A stretch of DNA of 64,000 bases from Clostridia bacterium (GTDB lineage: Bacteria > Bacillota > Clostridia > TANB77 > CAG-508). The notes beneath the pieces were generated by a model, which ran no database searches, was not told where the DNA came from, and saw only the letters and a program-made list of their open reading frames with translations. The stretch is taken from contig JAFRNM010000004.1 of the NCBI GenBank assembly GCA_017430135.1, positions 5,499 to 69,498 on the forward strand. Direction: 5' to 3'. Shown in pieces: positions 51,801 through 62,100 of this stretch. How positions within the stretch are numbered: the stretch's first letter is position 1; each line of letters starts with the position of its first letter. The position numbers were made by a program, and so were the translations under genes.

Positions 51801-52439
51801 TTTGGTTCAAAAATGAAAGTTAAAAACGGAGATTTAGTAGAAGCTGGAGATCCACTTATCGAAGGATCAATAAATCCAAATGACATCCTTGCAGTAAAAG
51901 GAGCAGAAGGAGTTTACGAATACCTAATCTCAGAAGTACAAAAAGTATATAGAAACCAAGGTGTTGATATAAACGACAAACACATCGAAGTAATTGGTAG
52001 ACAAATGCTTAAGAAAGTAAAAGTTGGAGACAACGGAGATACAACATTACCAGCTGGAGCTTTAGTAGACATGTACGACTATGAAGAAGCAAACAAGAAA
52101 GCAGAAGAATTAGGTGTAAGAAAAGCAGACGGAAAACGTGTACTACTAGGAATAACAAAAGCATCACTTGCAACAGACAGCTTCTTATCAGCAGCATCAT
52201 TCCAAGAAACAACAAGAGTTCTAACAGATGCAGCAATAAAAGGAAAAGAAGACGACCTACTAGGATTAAAAGAAAATGTTATCATAGGTAAACTAATCCC
52301 AGCAGGAACAGGAATGCAAGTATACCAAAACACAAAAATAAATACAGAGCAAGATGAAGAAGAAACAAACTCAGAAGACATTCAAGAAAAAGCAGAAAAA
52401 ATAAGAGAAACAGAAACAGTAGAAACAGCAGAAGAATAA
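48864..52439 (+). CDS. rpoC: DNA-directed RNA polymerase subunit beta'
   Basis: 1191 aa. GTG start after AGGGGG. Zn-finger CHCGKYK..CDRCG and catalytic NADFDGD. Confidence 0.97.
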   Translation: MDENEIFDKLKIGIASDEQIREWSKGEVKKPETINYRTLKPEKDGLFCEKIFGPTKDWECHCGKYKRVRYKGIVCDRCGVEVTKSKVRRERMGHIELAAPVAHIWYFKGIPSRIALMLDISPRDLEKVIYFASYIVTDKGTSGLEQCQILTEKEYHEAVEKYGRGSFKARMGAEALRELLEKIDIDKLYEQLRKEIEKSSEQKRLKLVKRLDTVESFRASGNRPEWMVMNVIPVIPPDLRPMVQLDGGRFATSDLNDLYRRVINRNNRLKRLLELGAPEIIVRNEKRMLQESVDALIDNGRRGKPVTGAGNRPLKSLSDMLKGKQGRFRQNLLGKRVDYSGRSVIVVGPELKLYQCGLPKEMAVELFKPFVMRELVGRGIAQNIKNAKRMVERLRPEVWEILEDVIKDHPVMLNRAPTLHRLGIQAFEPVLVEGRAIKLHPLVCEAFNADFDGDQMAVHLPLSPEAQAEARYLMLATNNLLKPQDGKPVATPRLDMILGSYYLTMVLDGEKGEGMYFKDPDEAIMAHENHEVSTHAKIFVRIEKEINGELKHGKIETSVGRIIFNQGIPQDLGYINREEDPFQYEINFPVMKKSMGDIIERVIRTHGLTESAEVIDYIKALGYKYSTVAGITYSMDDVKVPAKKKELLAEADKKIETIRKQYARGLITDNERYIATINVWEQTTKDVSKAMEDNFDDLNPVYMMVKSGARGNMNQLRQIAGMRGLMASTTGKAVEIPIKSSFAEGLDALEYFISTHGARKGLSDTALRTADSGYLTRRLVDVSQDIIVREHDCGTDDGIIIYDIKDGNQIIEKMHERLLGRFSVEDVVNPTTGELIVDNNTMINDEIADKIIDAGIEKLKVRSALGCRTKHGVCQKCYGMGLARRSLVSIGEAVGIIAAQSIGEPGTQLTMRTIHSGGVAGVADITQGLPRVEELFEARKPKGLAIITEIDGKVKIKESKKKKEVVVTSDDDARTYTIPFGSKMKVKNGDLVEAGDPLIEGSINPNDILAVKGAEGVYEYLISEVQKVYRNQGVDINDKHIEVIGRQMLKKVKVGDNGDTTLPAGALVDMYDYEEANKKAEELGVRKADGKRVLLGITKASLATDSFLSAASFQETTRVLTDAAIKGKEDDLLGLKENVIIGKLIPAGTGMQVYQNTKINTEQDEEETNSEDIQEKAEKIRETETVETAEE

Positions 52440-52440
52440 A

Positions 52441-52468
52441 AAAAGACGAGCAATGCTCGTCTTTTTTA
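52441..52468 (+). terminator. Terminator after rpoC
   Basis: aaaagacgagcaatgctcgtctttttt. Confidence 0.9.
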
Positions 52469-52484
52469 AATTAACTTTTTAGAA

Positions 52485-52575
52485 TTTTGGGATGGAATTT
52501 TGGGACACTCTTAAAAATCCAGACTTTTTGGGACACTCTTAAAATTCTAAACTTTTTAAGAGTGTCCCAAAAAGT
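52485..52575. repeat. REP-like cluster (2 forward + 1 reverse unit) between the rpoC terminator and the TA/RAYT islet
   Basis: gggacactcttaaaaatcc ... ctttttgggacactcttaaaattc ... ctttttaagagtgtcccaaaaagtt. Confidence 0.9.
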
Positions 52576-52579
52576 TAGA

Positions 52580-52634
52580 TGTCGAATTTTGTCGAACGAT
52601 TTATGTTGACAAAATGCAAAAAAAGTTATATGAT
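52580..52634 (+). promoter_or_regulatory. Second copy of the conserved promoter module upstream of the AbrB/PIN TA pair
   Basis: TGTCGAAttttGTCGAAcgatttatgTTGACA, 17 nt, TATGAT. Confidence 0.5.
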
Positions 52635-52759
52635 TATGACAACTTTAGAATCTTTATTATTTATTTTCTAAAAAATTCCCAAAAAATATTGATAAAATTC
52701 CAAAAATATCATATAATATAAGTAAGGAAAGTAAGGAATGTAAGAAAAGAGGTGATACT

Positions 52760-53017
52760 ATGGAATTAGCAAGAGTAACTACAAAAGGACAGATAACAAT
52801 TCCAAAATCAATTAGAGAAATGTTAAACATAAAGGAAGGAAGTCAAATAATATTTCTTCAAAAAGGAAATGACATAATAATAAAAAATTCAGCTATGATA
52901 GCTTTAGAAAAAATACAAGATGCATTTGAGGGAGAAGCGGAAAGATTAGGATTAGAAAACGAAGAAGATGTAGTAAAGATGATAAAGGAATTTAGGAAGA
53001 GCAGAAAGAAGGAATAA
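52760..53017 (+). CDS. AbrB/MazE/SpoVT-family antitoxin
   Basis: 85 aa. Contains VTTKGQITIPKSIREMLNIKEGSQI, a SpoVT/AbrB swapped-hairpin domain. The stop abuts the PIN gene start. Confidence 0.7.
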   Translation: MELARVTTKGQITIPKSIREMLNIKEGSQIIFLQKGNDIIIKNSAMIALEKIQDAFEGEAERLGLENEEDVVKMIKEFRKSRKKE

Positions 53018-53018
53018 C

Positions 53019-53420
53019 ATGAAAGTAATGCTAGACACTAATATTCTAATATCAGCATTTATTTTTAAAAGTAATAAAATGAATAATTTAATTTATGAAT
53101 TATCAAAAAAACATGAAATTGTTATATGTTCATACACGATAGAAGAATTAAAGGAATTATTTGAAAATAAATTTAATGTTAGTCTAAAAACATTAAATTT
53201 ATTTTTGAAAAATTTTCCTTTTACATTGGTAAAATCACCTAATAATCCACAAGAAAATCTTTTCAATATTCGAGATAAAGATGATTATATAATATTATAT
53301 ACTGCGATAGTTGAAAATGTGGATGTTTTTATAACGGGAGATAAAGATTTTGATGATGTTGAAATTAAAAAACTGGAAATTTTAAAACCTTCAGAATTTA
53401 TTCAGAAATATTTAAATTAG
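53019..53420 (+). CDS. PIN-domain (VapC-like) toxin
   Basis: 133 aa. Starts MKVMLDTNILISA with later acidic residues, consistent with a PIN nuclease. Sits 2 nt after the antitoxin. Confidence 0.65.
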   Translation: MKVMLDTNILISAFIFKSNKMNNLIYELSKKHEIVICSYTIEELKELFENKFNVSLKTLNLFLKNFPFTLVKSPNNPQENLFNIRDKDDYIILYTAIVENVDVFITGDKDFDDVEIKKLEILKPSEFIQKYLN

Positions 53421-53500
53421 ATTTTTAAATCTTAAATAAAAAATTAAGTCATAAATAAATTCCAAAATAATATTGATAAAATTATGAAATAGGAGGAGTA

Positions 53501-54262
53501 ATGCCTAGAATAGCGAGAAAAAGTATAGAAACGCCATTTTTGCATGTAATGGTTCAAGGCGTGAATAAGGAATATATCTTTAACAATGATGAATATATAA
53601 AGATGTATTTAGAATTAATTGAAAAAAATAAAGTTGAATATGATGTCACAATACTGGCGTATTGCGTAATGAATAATCACGCGCATTTTTTAATGTATAT
53701 AGAAGATAAGGAAAAATTTGGTAAATTCATGCATCAAATTAATTTTAAGTATGCCAAAATGTATAATAAGATTGAGAAACGATGTGGAGTTTTGTTCAGA
53801 AACAGATATCAATCTGAACAAATATGTGATAGAAAATATTTGATTAATTGCATAAAATACATACATGAAAATCCTGTAAAGGCGGGAATAGTTAGGGACG
53901 CAGGGGATTTTAAATATTCTTCATATAATAATTATATAAATAATGTTGGTGAATGTCAGAGTCCAATTATGAAAGAAATTTTTGGAGAAAATTGCGATTA
54001 CCAGAAAATCTTCAAAAAAGTTCAAGATATGAGATTTATGGATAATGAAAAAAAACGAGATGATTTAGAATATTACATGAAAGCGGCTATAAATGAATTT
54101 ATGGTTATAAATAAAGTAGATCTTGTTGACATATTTGCAGATAGAAAGATTTTGAAATTGATGATAAGAGATTTAAAGAAAAAATACAATTATAGTTATG
54201 CGGAAATTTGTGAATTCTTCGAAATAACAAAAAGCAGGTTGGAGAGTTTAAAAAAAATTTAA
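53501..54262 (+). CDS. IS200-like Y1 HUH transposase, REP-associated tyrosine transposase (RAYT)-like, with a C-terminal extension
   Basis: 253 aa. HuH motif NNHAHFLM and a C-terminal catalytic-Tyr motif IKYIHENPVKAG (YIxNP). No IS ends or tnpB. Flanked by REP-like repeat clusters (52485-52575 upstream, 54266-54340 four nt downstream). The last ~100 aa are extra and possibly an HTH. Confidence 0.65.
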   Translation: MPRIARKSIETPFLHVMVQGVNKEYIFNNDEYIKMYLELIEKNKVEYDVTILAYCVMNNHAHFLMYIEDKEKFGKFMHQINFKYAKMYNKIEKRCGVLFRNRYQSEQICDRKYLINCIKYIHENPVKAGIVRDAGDFKYSSYNNYINNVGECQSPIMKEIFGENCDYQKIFKKVQDMRFMDNEKKRDDLEYYMKAAINEFMVINKVDLVDIFADRKILKLMIRDLKKKYNYSYAEICEFFEITKSRLESLKKI

Positions 54263-54265
54263 TAT

Positions 54266-54340
54266 TGAATTTTAAGAGTGTCCCAAAAATCAATTTAACC
54301 TTGAATTTTAAGAGTGTCCCCAAAATCATCCCAAAAATCA
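54266..54340. repeat. REP-like cluster (2 reverse units) 4 nt downstream of the RAYT stop
   Basis: tgaattttaagagtgtccc ... ccttgaattttaagagtgtcccc aaaatcatcccaaaaatcaa. Confidence 0.9.
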
Positions 54341-54405
54341 AAAAAATTCCCAATAGAGTATATTATATATTTAAAGTGTAAATAATTATTAGTAAAAGAG
54401 CATTC

Positions 54406-54519
54406 ATTACGAAAAAAATACGTAAACGGAAAAAATTCGTAATAAATTATTGATTTAATTGCTTTTTTGATGTATAATAAAATTACGAAAAAGTTCCGTA
54501 AACGGAAAAAATTCGTAAT
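54406..54519 (+). promoter_or_regulatory. Promoter (TTGATT-17-TATAAT at 54450-54478) bracketed by two 38-bp palindromic operator-like repeats
   Basis: ATTACGAAaaaaatacgtaaacggaaaaaaTTCGTAAT (54406-54443) and ATTACGAAaaagttccgtaaacggaaaaaaTTCGTAAT (54481-54519). The second overlaps the TSS/RBS region of the DUF4143 ATPase gene. Confidence 0.55.
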
Positions 54520-54530
54520 GGAGGTTGGAA

Positions 54531-55775
54531 ATGGAAATTAAAAGAGATTTTTATTTAAAAAAACTTATAGAAGGATTAGATAATGGACTTGTAAAGATTG
54601 TTACAGGAATTAGAAGATGTGGTAAATCATATCTATTAGATCCAATATTTAAAAACTATCTTTTAGAACAAGGAGTTAAAGAGAATCATATAATAAAATT
54701 AGATTTAGATGAAAGAGAAAACTTTAAATATCATAATCCAGATGAATTAAATAAATATGTAAAAGACAGAATTATTGATAAAGATAAATATTATGTTATT
54801 CTTGATGAAGTTCAAAAGGTTGAAGAGTTTGAATCTGTTTTAATAGGTTTTTTGCATATGAAAAATGTAGAAATATATGTTACAGGAAGTAATTCAAAAT
54901 TTTTATCATCAGATATTATTACAGAATTTAGAGGAAGAGGTTCTGAAATAAAAGTATATCCTCTTACGTTTAGTGAATATTATTCTGTATATAATGGTTC
55001 TGAGGAAAAGGCATTAAATGAATATTATACTTATGGAGGATTGCCATTGTGTATTCTAGCAAAAACGGATGATGCTAAAATTAGCTATTTAAAGGAACAA
55101 AAAGACAATGTTTATTTAAATGATATTGTTGAAAGAAATAAAGTACAAAATCAAGAAGAACTAGAAATGTTGGTTCAAATAATTGCATCTAACATTGGTT
55201 CACTTACAAACCCTTTGAAATTATCAAATTGTTTTAAAGAAAGAGATAAATCATCCACAATGACTGATAAAACTATCTATAATTATTTAAAATATTTACA
55301 AGATGCATTTATGATAGAAAAAGCACGAAGATTCGATGTAAGGGGAAAGAAATTTATAGAAACACCACAAAAATATTATTTTACTGATATGGGAATAAGA
55401 AATTCTTTTTTGGATTTCAGACAAAGCGAAGAGATATCACATACAATGGAAAATGTTATATATTTAGAACTAAGGAAGAGAGGCTATAATGTTGATGTTG
55501 GTTCTGTTGAGATAAGAGAAGGAGATAAAAAGAAACAATTAGAAATTGATTTTGTTGCAAATAAAGGCAATAATAAAATTTATATTCAATCTGCTTTGGA
55601 AATGAAAACAAAAGAAAAAGTTGAACAAGAACAAAAATCTTTAATAAATGTTAATGATTTCTTTAAGAAAATAATAATTGTAGGTGATAACATAAAAAGA
55701 TCTAGGTATGATAATGGTATTATTATAATGAGCATATATGATTTCCTTTTAGACCAAAGTAGTTTGGAATACTAA
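54531..55775 (+). CDS. AAA+ ATPase with DUF4143 (ATP-binding protein, defense-island associated)
   Basis: About 415 aa. Walker A GIRRCGKSYLL and Walker B YVILDEVQ. C-terminal DUF4143-like region. The promoter is bracketed by two 38-bp palindromic repeats. Confidence 0.75.
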   Translation: MEIKRDFYLKKLIEGLDNGLVKIVTGIRRCGKSYLLDPIFKNYLLEQGVKENHIIKLDLDERENFKYHNPDELNKYVKDRIIDKDKYYVILDEVQKVEEFESVLIGFLHMKNVEIYVTGSNSKFLSSDIITEFRGRGSEIKVYPLTFSEYYSVYNGSEEKALNEYYTYGGLPLCILAKTDDAKISYLKEQKDNVYLNDIVERNKVQNQEELEMLVQIIASNIGSLTNPLKLSNCFKERDKSSTMTDKTIYNYLKYLQDAFMIEKARRFDVRGKKFIETPQKYYFTDMGIRNSFLDFRQSEEISHTMENVIYLELRKRGYNVDVGSVEIREGDKKKQLEIDFVANKGNNKIYIQSALEMKTKEKVEQEQKSLINVNDFFKKIIIVGDNIKRSRYDNGIIIMSIYDFLLDQSSLEY

Positions 55776-55778
55776 AAT

Positions 55779-55815
55779 ACAACTCAAAAGCTACGCAAGT
55801 ACAAATTGCGTAGCT
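55779..55815 (+). terminator. Terminator after the DUF4143 ATPase gene
   Basis: aaaagctacgcaagtacaaattgcgtagcttttcc. The stem resembles those at 21118 and 63557. Confidence 0.75.
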
Positions 55816-55832
55816 TTTCCTTTTTGAAAAAA

Positions 55833-55860
55833 CTTGATTTTTAAGAGTGTCCCAAAAAGT
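55833..55860. repeat. Single REP-like unit (reverse)
   Basis: cttgatttttaagagtgtcccaaaaagtttg. Confidence 0.85.
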
Positions 55861-56030
55861 TTGTTACAAAAATGTAAAATAAAAATAATTTAATTGCAAA
55901 AAACGACAAAAAATAGCTTCCCTAGTTGGATAGAGGGCAATCCCCCAAAGTGGCAAAAACCGGTATTGATTTTATATATATAAGTAAGTAAAATAGGACT
56001 TGAATTATACTTTAATAAAAGCAAAAGGCA

Positions 56031-56100
56031 ACCTTGAATTTTAAGAGTGTCCCCAAAAGTTAAAGGCAACCTTGAATTTTAAGAGTGTCCCAAAAAGTTT
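56031..56100. repeat. REP-like tandem pair (2 reverse units) upstream of the giant surface protein gene
   Basis: caaccttgaattttaagagtgtcccc aaaagttaaagg caaccttgaattttaagagtgtcccaaaaagtttg. Confidence 0.9.
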
Positions 56101-56130
56101 GCAAAAGTATTTACAAAGGAGAGGCTGGTT

Positions 56131-59100
56131 ATGAAATTGCCAAATTGTTTGAAGAATTTGAATTCTAGGAAGGGAAACGAAAAGGGTAGTGTTACTTTGT
56201 TCGTTCTTATTGCGATGCTATTTTTCCTTATGATTGGTATGATGATTTTTATTATCAACATGAATACTGAAACTTCGCAAAAAAGAGATGTGGAGAAGAT
56301 TAAAAGTGAATATAACGCAAACACAAGCGAAACAGACCTAGATCAATTATACCAAGAAGCTAAACAACGTCAAATAGGCACTTTTATGATTAAGTTAATA
56401 GACAAGTATGGCACAATTTATAACAGTGGCGAGTGGGTTAATGAAAAATGGCTAGCAGAAGGCAGATTACCATTAACAGTGCAACCAAACTTTCCAGAAG
56501 GTTTGAAAGATATTAGTGTTACGGTAAAAGACGATACATATGGTGGTTCTACTATTATAACAAAAACAGCAGACTTAGCTACAATGGAAATTAGAGCTGA
56601 TAAGGATTGCCAATACACAATAGAAAACACTTTAGATAATACAAATCAAGTAAAAATTAACATAGATACAACAAAGCCAACAATTGATGAACTAAAAGGT
56701 GGAACAATTTGGAAAGGAACAGAGGAAGAAGAAATTACTGGAACAGACGCAGGTGGAACAGTAACTATAACAGCAAGAGATAACTTAAGTGGAGTAAAAG
56801 AATTAAAATATATAATAAATAATAGTCCGGAAGCTCCATCAGCAGATGCTGAGTGGACAACAGTAGAAGGAGCAACAGCACAAGTTACAATAAATAATGA
56901 AAATGATTTAGGAGTATACTACATTCATGCAATGGCAACAGATGTTGCAGGAAATGTAAGAGATGTAGTAACATCAGGACCATATGAGGTAAAACAAGCA
57001 AATTACAAAATTACAACAACAACAGGTACAACATATTCAGAAACATTAAAAGACGCAGCAGAAAAACCAGGAGCAATGGTAATAAAAGTATTAAATACAT
57101 TTACAGATGAAGTACCTGCAACAATAGCACAAAATGTAACAATAGACACAAATGGTAAAACATTAACAATGGCAGAAACAATAACAGTAGCAGGTGGTGC
57201 AACAACAACATTTGTAGGTACAGGAACAATACAAAGAAATGTAGCAGATGGAGTTAGAGGAGATTTAATAACAAATAATGGAACAGTTGTAGTTGGTGTT
57301 GAAAATTCAGACAATGGGCCAACATTAACATCAAAAGATGTTGTTATTAATAATGGTACTGTAACAGTTTATAGTGGGAATATAGCATCTCAAGGACAAT
57401 CCGTTTTTGCTCCTAATGCAGGTATTTATAGTAAAACTATAAATGTTTATGGGGGAAATATTACAAATGATAGTGGCGCTTATGGAATAGTTATTAATCT
57501 TGCTGGAATATGTAATATAACAGGAGGAAGAATAACAGGAAACAAAGCAATTTGCCCTCAAAATGGAACTTTGAATATAAGTGGTTCAGCTACAATAGAA
57601 GGAAATGCCGCAATAGGTAGTTCTGCTAGTACGAACCATAATTATACATTAAATATAAGTGGAGGTGTAATTAGATCAACAAGTAGATTTGCAATAAATG
57701 CAGATACACCAGAAACCAATATTACAATAACAGGTGGAACTATAACAGGTGCAACAGATGGTATTAGTATTACAGGCGCAAACAGTACATTAACAATAGG
57801 AGACAACACAAATGCTCTAAATAGAGAGTCACCAGTAATTACAGGAACAAATGGAAAAGGAATAAACATAGCAGGTGCAACATCTACATTAAATTATTAT
57901 GACGGAACAATAATAGGAAAAACAAAAGGAACAAAAACATTTAATGGAAGAGAAGTAGCATTCAATGTAGCAAACGACACAACTGTAAACTTCCTAACAG
58001 AAACAGAAGAAGGAAATGTAACAAGATATTACAGACCATATACAAGAGAAAATACACAAACACATTTATTTGAAACAGTATTAGAAAAACAAGTAAATGT
58101 AACATTTAATCCAGGCGAAGGAGCAACAGTTGCAGAAAGCAATAGAAATGTATTGACAAATGTGGAATACAAAGAAAAAGCAGAAGATGCAACAATAGTA
58201 TCATTACCAACACCAGAAAAAACAGGGTATACATTTAAAGGATGGAATGGAAAAAACTTGTTGAACTTGGCAGGAAGAACTGAACAATATATTGGAGCTT
58301 GGTCAAATACAGCTAAGAGAAACTTTACAGGTAATGGAATTTATAAAGGATTAGCATCTAATAATTACTATATTCAAACAAATGCAAGTTATGAAATTAA
58401 CGAAAACACTAATACGGTTAAGGTTACAAGCTATAATGATGGATATGGTGTGGGATTTGATGTAAGAGTTAAGCCAGATACTCAATATACGTTAAATAAT
58501 TCTGATAATAATGTTAGAGCAGCATTATATAAATTTGATGGAACGTTTACTAAAAGTGTTACAGGAAGCTTTACAACGACACAAGATACATATTGGTTAG
58601 TTATAGTTGTAATTTCAAATAAAGGTATAGAAAACATAGCTTCTAACATCCAACTAGAACAAGGCTCAACAGCCACACCATACGAACCATACTACATCAC
58701 GGACGAAACAAAAGTAGTCCAAGACCAAGACCACACATTAAATGCAATATGGGAAGCAAATGAATACACAGTACACTTCAATGGAGATGGTTCAACAGCA
58801 GGAACAGTAGAAGACCAAAAATTCAAATACGACGAAGAAAAAGCATTAAATGAAAATAAATTTGAAAGAAAATACACAGTAACATATGACGGAAACGAAG
58901 GAACATCAGCAAAAACAGATGATACAGCAACATACACATTTGCAAACTGGATAAATAAAACAAATAACTTAACATACCAAGACAAAGCAGTAGTTAAAAA
59001 CCTTACATCAGAGCCAAATGGCGAAGTAACACTATACGCAGTATGGACACCACATGAAGTAACATTACCAACAGCAACAAGAGAAGGATACATCTTCAAT

Positions 59101-62100
59101 GGTTGGTACGATGCAAAAACAGGCGGAAACAAAATAGGAAATGCAGGAGACAAATACATCCCAGAAGCAAACACAGAACTACATGCACAATGGAGACAAG
59201 TGCATTACACAGTTTCAGTAGGAGAAGAAACTCTTCCAGCTGAAACTCTAGCAGAAGCAGTAGGACTTGCAGAAGAGAGAATAACAGGGGCAGTAACAAC
59301 TGCAACAATTACGCCAACAATGAGTTATGCAGATAGCTCAACAGCAACAATAAGTAAAAACATAACATTAGATTTAAAGGGTAATACACTAACGATGTCA
59401 AACACAATAACAAATAAAGGAACATTAGAAATAAAAGATACAGCAACAGGTGGAACAATAACAAGAGCAGGAGATGTTATTACAAATAATGCAAGTACTT
59501 CTATAGTAACAGTAAAAAGTGGATCAATAACTGCAACAAATGGAATTGCTATAAAAAATAATTCAACTGGTACTATAAATGTAAGTGGCGGAACAATATC
59601 AGGAGGAAATGGAATTTACAATAATGCAAATGGTACAATAAATGTTAGTGGAGCAACTACATCAATTACAGGAACAACAGACCAAGGTATTAGAGGACTC
59701 TCAGGAAATGTTACTGTATCAGATGGAACAATAACAGGGGCAACAAATGGAATTGCTGTTAGAAATGATGCAAATAATAATTCAGGTTCAATTATAATAA
59801 CAGGTGGAACAATAACAGGAAATCAATATGGTCTATATGCAACTGGAAATGCAACAATTACATTAGGAAATAATGATGGAACTGTAAGTAAGATATCACC
59901 AGAAATAATATCAAATGCAACAAGTTCTCATGCAGGTGTATATACAGACGGTAATACAACATTTAATTTCTATGACGGTAAAGTAGTTGCAAGAGATGGT
60001 TGGTCATTGAATACAGTCAATTTAAACAAACCAGACCATTATCAAGTAGTTAAGAGAACAGACAATGGCAAAGAAACTGCAGTTCTTGAAAAAGAAATTA
60101 CAGTAACATTTGAACCAAACCCAGGCAATACAACAGGTGGAACAGTTTCAGAAGCATCAAGAAAAGTATTAACAAATGTAGAATATCAATACGATGCAGC
60201 TGCTGGAACAAACAGAACATTGCCAACACCAACAAAAACAGGGTATACATTTAAAGGATGGCAACCAGCTGACAATCTAATTTCAACAAATCCAAGTGAT
60301 TGGCAACAAGGTGGACTTGCTGATGTAAATGGAGTAGAGGGTGACAGAACAACAAGAATAAGAACAGATTATATAAGAGTTTCTCCAAATACGAAATATA
60401 AACTTAGTGTTAATAATTCAAATGGTATATTTATAAGATATGTATGGTTTTATAATAATGAAAAGTCATATATTGATAAAATTGAAGAGCATCATATAAA
60501 TAATACGGAATTTACTACGCCAAATGATTGCTATTATATTAGAACAGTTTTACAATATAATAATATTAATGGTGAAACTGATATTACTCCAAGCAATGTT
60601 ACAGATGCCAATATTTATTTAACAGAAACAGTAACTGATTCAACAATTGTTACACAAGACCAAGACCACACTTTAAATGCAGTATGGGAAGCAAACCCAT
60701 ATACAGTAACATTAAATGCGGGAGATAATGGAACAATAGATGCAGGAGATGACGGCTGGGCAAGAGCTGGAGATAACAAAACAGCAACAAAAGACATAAC
60801 TTACGATAGTAATTATGGAACATTACCAACAGCATCAAGAACAGGTTACACATTTGAGGGATGGTTCACTGAGGCAACAGGTGGAACTCAAATAACAGAC
60901 ACAACAAAAATGCAAACAGCAAGTGCTCAAACACTTTATCCACATTGGACAGCAAACAACTACACAGTAACAGCCAACGCAAATGGTGGAGCAATAGCTT
61001 CAACAACAGGTTGGTCAGGTACAGGAGAGTCAGCAATAAAACAAGTTACTTATGATAGCGCTTATGGTACATTACCAGAAGTAACAAAAACAGGGTATAC
61101 ATTCAAGGGATGGAATGGAAAGAATTTGTTTGAGTTAAAAGAAAATGTTGATTGGAAATTGGGAGCGACAACATACAATGTAAATACATCGGAAAATAGT
61201 ATAAGTATTGATACTAAAGGTGGCTGGGGACTTGTGCAATATTATTTACCAGTATTAAAGGCAAACACAACATATACAATAAGTGGAAATGTTGAATTAA
61301 TTAATCATACTTCTACATATGTAAGAATTTCAAAGGAAAGAAACAAACAGAATGGCAATATATTTATCTTCCGAAATGATACATTAAGTGATGGATATTT
61401 TAGTTCAACGTTTACAATTGGCGAAAATGATGAAACAACAGCAAGTCTATGCTTATATGGAAACCTAGGTTCTAATGAAGAAACTGGGGCAATATTCAGC
61501 AACATCCAAATCGAAGAAGGCTCTACAGCCACACCATACGAACCATACTACATCACAGAAGATACAAAAGTAACAACAGCATCAGACCACACATTAAAAG
61601 CAGTATGGGAAACAATACCTTATACAATTTCTTATGAATTGAATAAAGGTACAAATAATAGTAGTAACCCAACTGGTTACACAGTAGAAAGTGAAAACAT
61701 TACATTACAAAATCCAACAAGAAATGGTTATACATTTATTGGATGGACAGGAAGTAATGGTGATACACCACAAACTACTGTTACAATTCCAAAAGGTAGC
61801 ACAGGAAATAGAACATACACAGCAAATTGGGAAGAAAAAACTTATACATTGACAATTAAGCCAAATGGAGGTGCAGTAGATGGTTCTACAACAGATGTTG
61901 TAAGGAACTTAAAGTATTCTGATGTTTCTAACATAAATGACCCTACTAGAACAGGTTATTTATTTGGCGGATATAATGAGTTGAGTGGAGCTGCCTTTAG
62001 TAATGAATTAGCAAGTATAACAAGATATTCTAACTCAAATCTAACACAAATTACAATTGCACGACAAGAAAAAAGTGCAGATAACCCAATTTCTGGTATG

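Noticed and set aside
55916-55974. GC-rich segment with tRNA D-arm-like TAGTTGGATAGAGG, considered as a tRNA gene or tRNA-derived att site
   Set aside because: No anticodon arm, no T-arm (GTTCGAATC) and no acceptor stem or CCA can be formed, so it is not a functional tRNA. It is retained only as part of the GC-rich mini-element observation.
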